From Myxococcota bacterium (lineage in GTDB: Bacteria; Myxococcota_A; UBA9042; PHBI01; JAWLBL01), in contig JAWLBL010000002.1 in assembly GCA_041687695.1 (NCBI GenBank), positions 1 through 51,668 of the forward strand: 51,668 bases of DNA, in the 5' to 3' direction. Both the position numbers and the translations under genes were made by a program. The first letter of the stretch is position 1. Each line of letters begins with the position of its first letter. The notes under the pieces are model-generated. The model was not told the DNA's origin, did not search any database, and was given only the letters and a program-made list of their open reading frames with translations. Of this stretch, positions 19,073-29,665 are shown one piece after another.

Positions 19073-20545
19073 TCACAGGTGCTTGGCCAGGCTCTTGGCC
19101 AACGTCGCGGCCAGCGCGTCCAGCGCCCGCGAGTCGCTCTCGGTGAACCCCGAGACCCCCGGCGCGTCGACCAGCACCAGCACCGCGAGCAGCCGCGCGC
19201 GGTGGCGCACCGGCACCCACAGCAGCGAGTCGACGCGCAGCGCGGTCGTCCGGCGCTGCGGACGCTCGTAGCTCAGCACGGCGTCGAGATCGACCAGGCG
19301 CGTCGCCGCCTCGCGGTCGACCACCAGGTCGGCCAGCCAGCGCTCGAGGTGCAGCTTGGCGCGCGTGACGTCGGACGCCGAGGCCCCGAGCGCCGTCACC
19401 ACCTGGAAGCGGTCGAGCCGCGGCGTCGGTAGCAGCAGCTGGATGCCGCCGCAGGCGATGTGGTCGCGCGCGAGGTCGAGCGCCGCGTCGATGACCTGCT
19501 CGGCCGTCAGGTGGGGCCGCTCGAGGTCGGGCAGGGCGCGCGTCAGCACCTGCCCGCCGTCGGGGCGCGGCGGCGGCGTCGGCGGCGCGCGGCGCGCGGC
19601 CCGGGGCGGCTGCGGCAGCGCGGCCATGCGCTCGGTGGGCCGCTGCTGGGCTCGATCCATGTCGTCGCGCGTGGGCGAGGGCCCGTGGACCCGCGGGTCG
19701 AGCGCCTGCAGGACCTGCGTCGGCGCCTGCTGGGCCCGCCGCAGCCGCGCGCCGTCGCCCGGCTCCGCCGCGGCCGGTTCGCCCCGGGCGATACGCCGGG
19801 CGACCGCCGGGTCGATGGCGGCGACCTGCATCGTGGGCGCGGCCTGCGGGTCGTAGCGGCGCGGCGGCTCGGGCGTCGCGCTGGGCGGCGGCTCGGGTGT
19901 CGCCTCGAACGCGCCCTCGAGCCGCGGCAGCGGCAGGTCCACCTCGGTGCGGTCGACCGGCTCGTCGTCGGCCGGCGGCGCCGCGACCTCGGGCCTCGCT
20001 CGCACCGAGAACAGGCGGGGGTCGTCGCCATAGGGGTCGGTGCGCGGCCGCTCGTCGCCGACGAGCGGCTCGGGGTCGGCCACGTCCAGGCGCACCGGGA
20101 CCGGCCGGGTGGGGCGCGCGCCGAGGCGGGGCTCGGTCGAGGCCGTCGCCGACAGGGCCGGGTAGCGGCCGGCCGGCGCGCGTTGGCGGAAGGGGTTGGC
20201 CGGGCGTGGCTCGAGCGCGCCCGCGGGGATCCGCCCGCGCATGGTGTCGGTGGCGGTCTGCGGCGGCGGCGGCAGCGGAGAGGGCGCCGGCGGCGTCGGC
20301 GTGTCGGCGGGCGCGGCCGGCGGCGCCAGGTGGCGGACGAAGAAGGTGCGGCCCCGCGAGTCGTCGTGGACGCGGCGCGTGCCGTCGGGCTGCGTCGTGC
20401 AGCGCACCGCCGGCGGCAGCGGGTCCTGGCCCAGCTCGTCGAGCCCGAGCCGCATCGCCTCGAGCCAGTCGGCGGCGTCGACCTGCAGGGTCATCTGGAC
20501 GGCCGACGGGTTCGCGCCGGGCACGGTGATCTCGAAGGTCGGCAT
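19073..20545 (-). CDS. GAF-domain protein with a small N-terminal domain and a Pro-rich linker (about 490 aa)
   Basis: C-terminal SLLWVPV...LAVLVLVD...GFTESDSRALDALA GAF signature. Start placed at ATG 20545 (MPTFEITVPG). Confidence 0.75.
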   Translation of the reverse strand: MPTFEITVPGANPSAVQMTLQVDAADWLEAMRLGLDELGQDPLPPAVRCTTQPDGTRRVHDDSRGRTFFVRHLAPPAAPADTPTPPAPSPLPPPPQTATDTMRGRIPAGALEPRPANPFRQRAPAGRYPALSATASTEPRLGARPTRPVPVRLDVADPEPLVGDERPRTDPYGDDPRLFSVRARPEVAAPPADDEPVDRTEVDLPLPRLEGAFEATPEPPPSATPEPPRRYDPQAAPTMQVAAIDPAVARRIARGEPAAAEPGDGARLRRAQQAPTQVLQALDPRVHGPSPTRDDMDRAQQRPTERMAALPQPPRAARRAPPTPPPRPDGGQVLTRALPDLERPHLTAEQVIDAALDLARDHIACGGIQLLLPTPRLDRFQVVTALGASASDVTRAKLHLERWLADLVVDREAATRLVDLDAVLSYERPQRRTTALRVDSLLWVPVRHRARLLAVLVLVDAPGVSGFTESDSRALDALAATLAKSLAKHL

Positions 20546-20610
20546 CGGCGGGACACCTGCGACTTGCGGGCGAGGGCGACACGCTAACACCCGCGCCCGG
20601 AGCCCGACAA

Positions 20611-20706
20611 CCGCATGGGCGCACAGGCGCACAGGCGCACAGGCGCATGGGCGCACAGGCGCACAGGCGCATGGGCGCACTGGCGCATGGGCGCACTGGC
20701 GCATGG
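20611..20706. repeat. Octamer tandem array, 12 units (GCGCACAG / GCGCATGG / GCGCACTG)
   Basis: Read directly in the divergent intergenic region between the GAF and HD genes; the first unit is CCGCATGG. Confidence 0.93.
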
Positions 20707-20823
20707 GCCACGGGTGCCTGGGCGGGCCGACGCGCGCGCGTGCGGCGGGGGGCAGGCGTGGGCGGCGGCGGCGGGGCCAACCGGACGGATGCAGCGGGCA
20801 AGGGGCTGTGATATGGGGGCGCC

Positions 20824-21786
20824 ATGCCGAGGGTCACTGAGGATCAGCCGCTCACGCCCGCCCGCGGGGCCGCGCTGGGCGCCAGGGGGGTGGCGGGTGA
20901 GGTCGGCGCGGACGAGCTGGTCGCGCGGATCGAGGGGCGCGTCCATGGGGCCGCCGCCGGGGACGTGCTGCGGCTGCGGCGCGAGGCGGCGCGCATCCTC
21001 GACCTGGGCGCGGCCGCGCTCCTGGCGTGGCTGGACGCGACGCTCGTGGGGGACGAGGCGGCGGCGCGGCTCGAGGCGATGCGCGAGGTCGGCGTCCTGG
21101 GCGTGGTGCTGCCCGAGGTGGCGGCGCTGGTGGGGTTCCATCGGTCGTCGCCGGTGCACCACAAGGACCTGTGGACGCACACGCTCGAGGTGCTGACGAC
21201 CACGCCGCCCGACGCGGATCTCCGCTGGGTCGCGCTGATGCACGACGTCGGCAAGGTGGCCACGCGCGAGGTGGGCCCCGACGGCAAGGTGACCTTCTGG
21301 CGGCACGAGCGGGTCGGGGCCTTCCTGATGCGCGGGGTGGCGGCGCGGCTCGGGATGGCGCCGGCGCGGGCCGAACGCATCGCCTTCGTCATCGAGCACC
21401 ACGCGCGCGTCAACGCCTACGAGCCCGAGTGGACCGACCGGGCGGTGCGGCGCCTGATGCGCGACGCGGGCGAGCGACTGCCGGATCTGCTGGCGTTCTC
21501 GGGCGCCGACTTCACGACCAAGCGGGCGGCGCGGGCGGCGCGGATTCGGCGCAGCCTGGCGCACCTGTCGGCGCGGCTCGAGCGGCTGCGCGGGCAGGAC
21601 GAGGCGGGGCGGGCGCTGCCGTCGGGACTGGGGCACGCGCTGGCGCGGGCGCTGGGGCTGGCGGGGCCCGAGCTGGGCGAGGCGATGCGCTGGCTCGAGG
21701 CGCGGGTGGCCGACGGGGCGCTGCCACGCGGGGCCGAGGCCGAGGTCTACGTGGCGGCGCTGCGCGAGCGGGCTCAGAACGGGTAG
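20824..21786 (+). CDS. HD-domain protein resembling the C-terminal half of CCA-adding enzyme / poly(A) polymerase
   Basis: LGVVLPEV, HHKDLWTHT, LMHDVGK, TFWRHERVGA, IEHH, WTDRAVRRL, ADFTTK. No DxD nucleotidyltransferase head is visible. Confidence 0.8.
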   Translation: MPRVTEDQPLTPARGAALGARGVAGEVGADELVARIEGRVHGAAAGDVLRLRREAARILDLGAAALLAWLDATLVGDEAAARLEAMREVGVLGVVLPEVAALVGFHRSSPVHHKDLWTHTLEVLTTTPPDADLRWVALMHDVGKVATREVGPDGKVTFWRHERVGAFLMRGVAARLGMAPARAERIAFVIEHHARVNAYEPEWTDRAVRRLMRDAGERLPDLLAFSGADFTTKRAARAARIRRSLAHLSARLERLRGQDEAGRALPSGLGHALARALGLAGPELGEAMRWLEARVADGALPRGAEAEVYVAALRERAQNG

Positions 21787-24700
21787 AGGAACTCGACGTG
21801 CAGGCGGCTGCCGGGCTCGTAGCCGCCGCAGGTGACGCTGCCGTCGGTCAGCGTCACGAACCGCTGACAGCGGGCCGGGCCGATGATGGCGCCCCAGTCC
21901 AGGCGGATGGGGAACTGGCCGAGCAGCAGGTACCGCAGGCCCACCCCGCCCGAGAAGCGGAAGGTGCCGGGCGTCAGCTCGGCGTGGTTGGCCGCCAGCG
22001 CGCCCATGTCGAGAAAGAGCGCGGTCCAGATCGAGGGCCGAACGACGGGGATGCGGACCTCGAAGTTGCCGTTGACGAGCACGTTGCCGCCGAGGCTCAT
22101 GCGCACCTGCTCCTCTGAGGGACATGCGGGAGCGTTGGGCCTGGGGAGCAGCTGGCCCGAGGCGTCGTAGCGCCCGACGCCGCCGTCGTCGAAGCCGCGC
22201 ATGCCGTTGGAGCCGCCCAGCGTGAAGCGCTCGTTGGCCGGGAGCGGCACGCACTCGCTCGCGGTGCTGCCGCCGTAGCGCACAAAGCCGGCGAGGATGA
22301 TGTCCTCTACGGACAGGGCGCCGCGGGCAGCCAGCTCCCACTTGAGGAAGTTGCTGAAGGTGACGTTCTGGTCGCCCGGCTCGAGCGACTGGGCCGAGAT
22401 GCCCGACAGCGACGTGGACAGGGCGAAGCCGCTGGTGGGGTGCAGAGGGTTGTCCTGCTCGTCCCAGCGCCAGCGGGTCGCCAGGCGGAACTGCGGGTCC
22501 AGGTTGGTGAAGTCGTAGAAGGGGGTCGGCTCCTCGATGCCCTCCACCCGCGGGTCCGGGTCGTTGGGGTCCTCGAAGCGGATGAAGCCGGCCGAGGCCT
22601 CGAGGTTGACCGACATGCGCTCGGCGAGCGGGATGGTGGCGACGGCCAGGAGGCTGTACTCGGTGCGGTCGAAGATCTCGGTGACGCGGTCCAGCTCGGC
22701 GATGAGGGTCATCTCGAGCCGGATGTCGGTGTCGAACAGGCGCGGGGTCATCCAGCGCGGCTTCAAGCTGAGCTTCTGCAGCCAGTCCTGAAACGAGAAG
22801 CCCCACTCGAAGGGGATGCGCAGCTCGTGGGCGAGGCCGCGGAAGTTCTCGTCGATGTAGGCGGCCTGCAGGACGAACAGGATGTTGGGGACGCGCAGCG
22901 GGAAGTAGCGCGACATGCCCGTGGTCGAGCGGTCCGAGGCGCTGACCGCGTGGCCGAAGATGGACGCCCAGGTGGGCGGGATGCGGCCGAGCTGCTCGTC
23001 CGCGTTGGCGCGCTGCACGCTGCGGATGCCGGCGGCCAGATCCAGGAACAGGTAGTCGCGCTCGACGACGACCACGACCAGCGCGATGTGCTTGCGCGGC
23101 GGGTTCTCGGCCAAGCCGATGGTGTCGATGCGGACCGACTCGAAGACGCCCAGGTTTCGCAGCTTGCGCGTGGCCTCGACGACGTCGCCCTCGTTGAACG
23201 GCACGCCGTAGCTCGGCAGGTCGCGCGTCAGGATCTCGTCGTGGGTCTTGAAGTTGCCGCGCCAGAACACCTCGCCGACGAAGACCTGCGACCCCTCCTC
23301 GATGACGATGGTCAGCGGCACCTGCTGGCCCGTCACGACGAACGGCACGTCGCCGGTGGTGACGGTCGTCGAGCCGCACTTGGCCGCGGCGCGCTCCTCG
23401 TCGCTCATGGCCGCGGTGACGGGGCGGCAGTAGGCGTCGATGGCGACGTTGTGGTAGCCGCGCTGCTTGTACCAGTTGGCCAGCCGCCCCAGCGCCTGCG
23501 TCAGGTAGAAGCTGCCGTAGGACTCGTTCGGCCTCAGCCCGAACACCCCCAGCGCCTGGGCGTCCGACAGGCTGGCGTTGCCCTGGAACTCGACCGACTG
23601 CACCTTGGCGCGGCGCCCCTCGGCGAAGGGGATCTCGACGTACAGGACCATCTCCTGGCGCCGCTTGAGCACCTTGAAGCCGAGATCGCGGAAGGTGTAC
23701 TCCCAGATGAGCCAGTCGCCCTCCTCGCGGAAGACGCGGCGCGGCGCCTGCTGGTCGGCCTCGCCCTGCAGCAGGTAGCGGAACTGGTAGAAGCCGCGGG
23801 CCTGGTAGAAGGCCTTGAGGCGCTGCAGATCGGTGAAGAGGCGGCCGACCTGCAGGCGCCCGCCCTGCGCCAGGAAGTCGTACGATCGCGTCTCGATGAC
23901 CGCCAGCAGCTCGTCGCGCGTGAAGGCGCGGGCGCCGGTGAAGATGAGGTCCTGGATGCGCCGGTCGTAGTTGAGCGTCAGCCGGAAGTCGATGAGGCCC
24001 TCGACCGGGTCGCGATCGCGCTGGGCGTCGTCGACGGTGGCCGGCAGGTTGCGGTGGTCCATCGTCACGTTGGCGAAGAAGAAGCCGCGGTCCTGCAGGA
24101 CGCCGAAGATGGCGTCCACGCCGCGGGCCGCCTCCTCGCGCGTGAAGGCGCCCGACTCGCCGAAGGGCAGGGTGGCGCGCCACTCGTCGAGCGGCACCAG
24201 GCGGAAGGGGACGGCCTCCTCGCGCCGGATGTACAGCCCGATGGGGTCCTGGAAGTCCAGCGCCGTCCCGATCTCCTCGGCCGCGGGCACCGCGTCGTCG
24301 CGCTCCCACACGCGGATGAGCCAGCACCGGTCGGTGCGCACCGTGACCGTCAGGCGCAGCGGCTCGCCCGCCGGGACGACCTCGACCTGCGGGTTGATGA
24401 AGCCCACCGACTGGAACCAGCTCCGCACCCGCTGGGTGACCTGCCGCACCGTCCGGCTGGTCACCACGTCGCCGGTCGCCACCCCCATCGCGTCCTCGAT
24501 GGTGTCGGCCGGAATGCGCGGGCACGACAGATCCGACCGCAGCCCGGTCACCGTCTGCTCGTGCCGCGCCACGATCTCGGCGATGCTCTGGCGCGGCCCC
24601 TCCTGGATGTGGATGGTCAGGTCGACCACCGTGTCGCTGACACGCGCCGACGCGATCGAGACCTCGACGTCCTCGATGCCCGCGCCGCGGTACAGGGCCT

Positions 24701-25295
24701 TGATGCTCTCGATCTGGCGCGTGACCTGCTCGCTGCCCGCCAGCGGCTCGTCGACGCCGACGTCCAGCTCGGACCCGCTGCGCAGGAACACGCGCCGCGT
24801 GACCTCGGTCTCGCGGAAGTAGCGGTTCCCCTCAACCTCGACGTTGCGCACGATGATGGCCGGGTCGGCCTCGATGGTCATCGCGAACCCGCCGGCCACC
24901 GGGGCGCAGCGGAAGGCGACGCCCTTGAAGAACCCCGTCTTGACCAGCCGCTGCTGGGCGCGCGTCAGCTCGACCTGCGTGACGCGCTGCTCGAGGGCGA
25001 TGTCGGTCAGCGACACCAGGTTCGCCGTGACCGCGGGGCTCGAGCACACGCGGGTCGGGCACCCCGTCAGCGCGATGGCGCGGATGGGCGCGCCCTCGCA
25101 GTTCTGCGGCGGGGGCGGCAGGGCGACCTCGGCCCGCACCGGCGGCGGGCCGGTCTCCTGGGCCAGCGCGTCGTCGGCCACCGGCGCCGGCGCGTCGGCC
25201 GGCTGCGCCAGGGCGGACCGCGGCGCGGACGCCAGCCCGAGCGCGAGCAGCGCCCCCAGCACCCTGCACAGTCGTGTCGCGGCCCCCTGGGTCAT
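21774..25295 (-). CDS. Omp85-family outer membrane protein (BamA/TamA-like) with multiple POTRA domains, about 1173 aa
   Basis: Signal peptide, POTRA-type motifs (VEVEGN, FTGARAF, FQGNASL, WRGNFKT), FTLGGSNGMRGF loop, GNFEVR, terminal Phe. ATG 25295 overlaps the upstream stop (ATGA). Confidence 0.88.
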   Translation of the reverse strand: MTQGAATRLCRVLGALLALGLASAPRSALAQPADAPAPVADDALAQETGPPPVRAEVALPPPPQNCEGAPIRAIALTGCPTRVCSSPAVTANLVSLTDIALEQRVTQVELTRAQQRLVKTGFFKGVAFRCAPVAGGFAMTIEADPAIIVRNVEVEGNRYFRETEVTRRVFLRSGSELDVGVDEPLAGSEQVTRQIESIKALYRGAGIEDVEVSIASARVSDTVVDLTIHIQEGPRQSIAEIVARHEQTVTGLRSDLSCPRIPADTIEDAMGVATGDVVTSRTVRQVTQRVRSWFQSVGFINPQVEVVPAGEPLRLTVTVRTDRCWLIRVWERDDAVPAAEEIGTALDFQDPIGLYIRREEAVPFRLVPLDEWRATLPFGESGAFTREEAARGVDAIFGVLQDRGFFFANVTMDHRNLPATVDDAQRDRDPVEGLIDFRLTLNYDRRIQDLIFTGARAFTRDELLAVIETRSYDFLAQGGRLQVGRLFTDLQRLKAFYQARGFYQFRYLLQGEADQQAPRRVFREEGDWLIWEYTFRDLGFKVLKRRQEMVLYVEIPFAEGRRAKVQSVEFQGNASLSDAQALGVFGLRPNESYGSFYLTQALGRLANWYKQRGYHNVAIDAYCRPVTAAMSDEERAAAKCGSTTVTTGDVPFVVTGQQVPLTIVIEEGSQVFVGEVFWRGNFKTHDEILTRDLPSYGVPFNEGDVVEATRKLRNLGVFESVRIDTIGLAENPPRKHIALVVVVVERDYLFLDLAAGIRSVQRANADEQLGRIPPTWASIFGHAVSASDRSTTGMSRYFPLRVPNILFVLQAAYIDENFRGLAHELRIPFEWGFSFQDWLQKLSLKPRWMTPRLFDTDIRLEMTLIAELDRVTEIFDRTEYSLLAVATIPLAERMSVNLEASAGFIRFEDPNDPDPRVEGIEEPTPFYDFTNLDPQFRLATRWRWDEQDNPLHPTSGFALSTSLSGISAQSLEPGDQNVTFSNFLKWELAARGALSVEDIILAGFVRYGGSTASECVPLPANERFTLGGSNGMRGFDDGGVGRYDASGQLLPRPNAPACPSEEQVRMSLGGNVLVNGNFEVRIPVVRPSIWTALFLDMGALAANHAELTPGTFRFSGGVGLRYLLLGQFPIRLDWGAIIGPARCQRFVTLTDGSVTCGGYEPGSRLHVEFLYPF

Positions 25296-28200
25296 TCGAG
25301 CGGAATCCGATACTTGACGCGCACTTCGTAGGTGTCGTTGATGGTCGAGAGGTTGCCGGTCGAGCGGTCGACGGTGCCTTCGAAGACGAGCCGGTCGGTG
25401 ATGCGCAACGTGAAGCCGGCGATGAAGCGGGTGGCGTCCGTGTCCTGGACCGACCGGTAGCGCAGCGTGAAGTCGCGGCCCAGGCGCGTCTGCAGCTCGA
25501 TGTTCAGCAGGCCCTCGAGGGTCGGCGACACGGCCAGATCGTAGTCGAAGGGCGCCTTGATCACCTGGTCGACCAGGTTCGACACGTTGAACGACAGCAG
25601 GCCCTCTTGCTGCGCGCGCGCCTCGGAGGTGCGCGGCCGCCCCGTCAGCAGCAGCCAGTGCAGGTCGGCCTGGTCGAAGCCGCCCGGCGTGCTGCTGAGG
25701 TCGACCCGCAGGCGGTCGGGGGCGACGCCGGTCACGCTGATGATGACGATGACCGTCTTCTCCTCGAGGTCGCGGCCGCCCGTGACCTGCTGGAAGTAGG
25801 TGATCTCGTTCTGGGCCTGCAGCTGCACGGTCGGGTTCAGCGGCGGCCCGTTGAAGTCCAGCGCGCCGCTGACCAGCTCGAACTGCTGCCGGTCGAACAG
25901 GCGGTAGTTGATGGTGCCGCCCGGCAGTAGCTCGATGCGGTTGTAGACCAGCGGCTCGTCGATGCCGCCCTCGACCCGTAGATCCAGGCGCGCCTCCATG
26001 TTGACCGACCCCAGCGGGAACGGGCTGCGGATGCTGATGACCGAGCTCTCGACGTTCAGGTTCATGCGCAGGTCGCGCAGCCACGGCACGCGCGTCGTCA
26101 GCGGATCCTGATACGTGTCGATGGTCCCCTCGGTGATGCTGCCGAACGCCCGCCCCAGCGTGTCGAAGCTGCGGAAGAACGTCATGTCCGTGATGAAGAC
26201 GTCGCCCCGCAGGTCGACCACGCGCTCCGTGTCGCTCGCGAAGTCGCGCACCCGGGCGGTCAGCTCGGCGTTGAACGTCATGTTGTATTCGCCGGGGCTG
26301 GCCCAATACAGGTCCGTCCCGACCAGGTTCAGGTCGGCGTCGTCGAGCCCCAGCGCGTCGAGCGTCATCGTGCCCCACGCCTCGAAGCGCCCGTCGCCCA
26401 TCTCGCCCACGATGCGCTGGTCGGGGCGGATGGCGATCTCCGTCACCCCCGGCGCCCGCCCGCTCCGCAGCAGCACGCCGGCCCCCTCGCTCAGCCGGAT
26501 CTCCTGCCCGAACCCGCGCGGCAGCATCCGCACCGCCACCGTCTCGATGCGCCCCGACACCTTCGGCGCGTCCATCGTCCCCGTTACCGTCAGCACCCGG
26601 TCGCCGAACTCGTCCGGCAGGCACCGCCCCGCCACCGCCCGCGCCGTCGCCGGGTCCGCCCCGATGCGCAGCTCGCCCTGCAGCACGCTGAACAGATCGC
26701 TCACCACCTGGAACGTCTGCAGCAGCTCCAGGTTCAGCGTCCCGGTGATCTGGAAGTCCTGCCGCGCCTCGCCCAGGTTCCCGCACAACACCAGCGGCGC
26801 CTGCCCGCTCGGGTCGCCCACCACCAGCGGGTCCAGCGTCAGCCCCTCGCTGTTCTGCACGATCCGCGCCGGCGTCCGGTTCGTGTACACGATGTCGCCC
26901 TCGAACAGCGCCAGCCGCACCCCGCCCACCGGCGCCTCGGCCGTCAGCTGCCAAAGCCGCGTCGTCGACGTCGGCCACAGCTCCAGCGCCGCCTTCCCCG
27001 TGACCACCACGTCCACGTCCGGCACCGCCAACCCCGGCAGCAGCCCCCACAGGTTCAGGTCCGTCGCCTCGATGAGCAGCGCGATGTACTGCGGGATCCC
27101 CCCCCGCGTCTGGATGTGGCTCCCCTCGAGCAGCGTCAACCCCGGCGGCAGCTCCGTCGCCGACAGCTCGATGCGCCCGTCCTCACCCGGCGCCAGCACC
27201 AGCTCGGCGTCCCCCAGCGCCACCGGCCCGAACCGGAACCCGGTCACCCGCACCGTCCCGATGACCTGCGGCCGCCCCAGCGTCCCCTCGGCCGTCAGGT
27301 CCACCGTGACGTCGCCCTCGATGTCGATGTCGTTGGCCGCGAAGAACCGGAACGCGCTGAACGGCAGCCGCTCGGTCCGTAGCCGCGCCGCCACCGCCCC
27401 GGTCTGCTTGTCCATCGACAGCGTCCCGGTGATCTCCTCGCCCCCCTCCAGCACCACGCGCGCGTCCTGCAGCACCAGCCGCCGCTGCGTGAACACGATG
27501 CGCCCTGTCGCCTCCCGCGCCCGCTCGCCGCCGTACGCGATCTGCGTCGCCCGCACCACCCCCTCACCCCGCAGGCTGCGGATCGGGTCGGTGGCATAGC
27601 CGGTCAGGTTGCTCGACCGCAGGTCCACGATGGCCCTCAGCCCCAGCTCCGGCGCGATCTCCCCCACGTCCAGCCGCGTCACGTTCAGCCGCCGCAGCGT
27701 GAACGGCACCCGCCGGTCCAGGTTCGCCACGCTGCCGTGCCACAGCCGCACCGACCCGGCGACCTCCAGCCGCTGCGCGAACGGCACGTTCAGCTTCAGC
27801 TCGCCGAACGACAGCTGCCCGTTCGCCAGATCCACCGCCGTCGCGATGGTCCCCAGGTCGTACCCGGCCGCCCGCGCCCGCGACCACCGCAGGTTGCCCC
27901 GCACCGCCGGGTTGTCGAAGGTCCCGCCGATGCGGGCCTGGCTCAGCCGCAGGCTCCCGCCCACGTCCGTCACCCCGAACGGCGCCAGAAACGCCGCCAG
28001 GTCCGCCACCCGCACGTTCGCGCGCAGGTCCAGCGTCTCGGCCGCCACGTCCACGGTCCCGTCCAGCTCGACCACGTCCGCGCCGCTCTCGATGCGGACC
28101 TGGTCCAGATCCATCCCCGACAGCTGCGGCTGCCCGTCCGGCCCCGGCACGTACACGTAGCGGAACCCGCCGCTGACCGTGTAGCGCTCGTTGAGCGGCA

Positions 28201-29665
28201 CCGACGCCGCCCCGCCCCACGCCATGGTCAGCCCCTCGGTCCGCCCGTGCAGCGTCACGCTGCCGTCGCCGTCGTCGTACACGCCCGCGACCTGCACCAG
28301 CCCGTCCAGAGACCCGCGCAGGAACTCCAGCTCCGCCGCCGCCTGGGCGTCGATGAACGGCGAGGCGAAGATCGCCCACGGGTTCACCCCGACCAGCTCC
28401 AGCACGGCCGTGAACTCGTGCAGCGTCCGCTGCTCCATCGGCTCGGGGCACGGCAGAAAGCGCGGGAAGTAGCTCGTCCCCTCGGCGATGACGCGCCCGC
28501 CGAAGGCGTCGGCCTGGAAGCTCGGCAGCACGAACCGGTGCGACCGCTCGCCCTCGGGCGTCGCCTCCGGGAACACCTCGAAGGTCGCCAGCACCTCGCG
28601 CAGGTCGAACCCGATGACCTCGAGCACCGGCGACTGCAGCCGCCCGCGCGCCGTCGCCTGCTCCAGCGTGCCCGACCCCCGCGCCGCGACCACGGCCGGC
28701 CCGCGCACCAGCCCGTTCGTGAACGCCGGCAGCAGCTCCAGGTGCCCCGGCACCTCGACCCGCATCCCGGCGAACCACGTCGGCACCTCGGGCTCCACGT
28801 CCATCCCGCCGCGCGCCACGATGCGCCCCGACCGGTCCTCGCCCAGCGCCGCCTCGGCCCGCTTGAACTCGTAGGCCATCCCCTCCCACTCGAAGAAGCT
28901 CACCTCCAGATCCCGCACCGGCACCAGCAGCCGCTCGTACGGCCGCGCCTCGGGCCCGGTCGGCGGCAGCCACACGTCGCCCTCGGTCAGCCGCGCCCGC
29001 GGGATCGAGAACTGCAAGTGCCCCTCGCCCGTGATGTGCAGGTCCCCGCGCGCGTCGAGATCCCGCACGTCGATGGCCGCCTGCTCGGTGTCGACCCGCC
29101 CGTGCCCGTCCTCGATGATCGCCTGCTGGACGTGGATGTTCACCCGGGTCGGCTCGCCGTCCTCCTCCTCGCCGTCCGGCTCACGGGCGACGAAGGCGTC
29201 CGCCAGGTTGACCCCCTCCTCGGTGACCTCGACCCAGATCCACGGCCGCACCACGCGGACGCTGTCGAAGTGCAGCGAGATGGGCGCCTGCGGGTCGCGC
29301 AGCATGTCGACCAGGTCGCCGATGGACGTCCCCAGCGCCACCTCGGCCAGGATGAGCGGCGCCCGGATGACCGTCTGCCCGCGATCGCCGCACACCCGCC
29401 CGTCGGTGATGACCACCTCCCACGGCGACGGGCCCCACTGCACCGTCGCCGCCGTGATGGTCCCCGGGATGGCGCGCGACACCTCGCCCTGCGCCAGGTC
29501 CCGCACCGTCGACGTCTGCGCCAGGAAGTAGACGACCAGATAGCCGGTCAGCAGGAACAGGAAGCTGCGGACGACCGTGAAGTACGCCAGCGCGAACAGC
29601 GCGAACACGAGCTTGAGCGCCAGCCGGAGCAGCCGGAGCGGCCCTCTGGCACGGGCGGTGGTCAC
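25292..29665 (-). CDS. TamB-like translocation/assembly module protein, 1457 aa
   Basis: N-terminal transmembrane anchor, long beta-taco-like repeats (GTLGRPQVIG, GTFDNPAVRG, GTMDAPKVSG), C-terminal DUF490-like region (FELVSGALDFNG..NP), position directly upstream of an Omp85 gene. Confidence 0.8.
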   Translation of the reverse strand: MTTARARGPLRLLRLALKLVFALFALAYFTVVRSFLFLLTGYLVVYFLAQTSTVRDLAQGEVSRAIPGTITAATVQWGPSPWEVVITDGRVCGDRGQTVIRAPLILAEVALGTSIGDLVDMLRDPQAPISLHFDSVRVVRPWIWVEVTEEGVNLADAFVAREPDGEEEDGEPTRVNIHVQQAIIEDGHGRVDTEQAAIDVRDLDARGDLHITGEGHLQFSIPRARLTEGDVWLPPTGPEARPYERLLVPVRDLEVSFFEWEGMAYEFKRAEAALGEDRSGRIVARGGMDVEPEVPTWFAGMRVEVPGHLELLPAFTNGLVRGPAVVAARGSGTLEQATARGRLQSPVLEVIGFDLREVLATFEVFPEATPEGERSHRFVLPSFQADAFGGRVIAEGTSYFPRFLPCPEPMEQRTLHEFTAVLELVGVNPWAIFASPFIDAQAAAELEFLRGSLDGLVQVAGVYDDGDGSVTLHGRTEGLTMAWGGAASVPLNERYTVSGGFRYVYVPGPDGQPQLSGMDLDQVRIESGADVVELDGTVDVAAETLDLRANVRVADLAAFLAPFGVTDVGGSLRLSQARIGGTFDNPAVRGNLRWSRARAAGYDLGTIATAVDLANGQLSFGELKLNVPFAQRLEVAGSVRLWHGSVANLDRRVPFTLRRLNVTRLDVGEIAPELGLRAIVDLRSSNLTGYATDPIRSLRGEGVVRATQIAYGGERAREATGRIVFTQRRLVLQDARVVLEGGEEITGTLSMDKQTGAVAARLRTERLPFSAFRFFAANDIDIEGDVTVDLTAEGTLGRPQVIGTVRVTGFRFGPVALGDAELVLAPGEDGRIELSATELPPGLTLLEGSHIQTRGGIPQYIALLIEATDLNLWGLLPGLAVPDVDVVVTGKAALELWPTSTTRLWQLTAEAPVGGVRLALFEGDIVYTNRTPARIVQNSEGLTLDPLVVGDPSGQAPLVLCGNLGEARQDFQITGTLNLELLQTFQVVSDLFSVLQGELRIGADPATARAVAGRCLPDEFGDRVLTVTGTMDAPKVSGRIETVAVRMLPRGFGQEIRLSEGAGVLLRSGRAPGVTEIAIRPDQRIVGEMGDGRFEAWGTMTLDALGLDDADLNLVGTDLYWASPGEYNMTFNAELTARVRDFASDTERVVDLRGDVFITDMTFFRSFDTLGRAFGSITEGTIDTYQDPLTTRVPWLRDLRMNLNVESSVISIRSPFPLGSVNMEARLDLRVEGGIDEPLVYNRIELLPGGTINYRLFDRQQFELVSGALDFNGPPLNPTVQLQAQNEITYFQQVTGGRDLEEKTVIVIISVTGVAPDRLRVDLSSTPGGFDQADLHWLLLTGRPRTSEARAQQEGLLSFNVSNLVDQVIKAPFDYDLAVSPTLEGLLNIELQTRLGRDFTLRYRSVQDTDATRFIAGFTLRITDRLVFEGTVDRSTGNLSTINDTYEVRVKYRIPLE

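Noticed and set aside
25296..27050. N-terminal extension of the 1758-aa Omp85 ORF
   Set aside because: It overlaps the TamB-like gene in another frame; a signal peptide follows ATG 25295.
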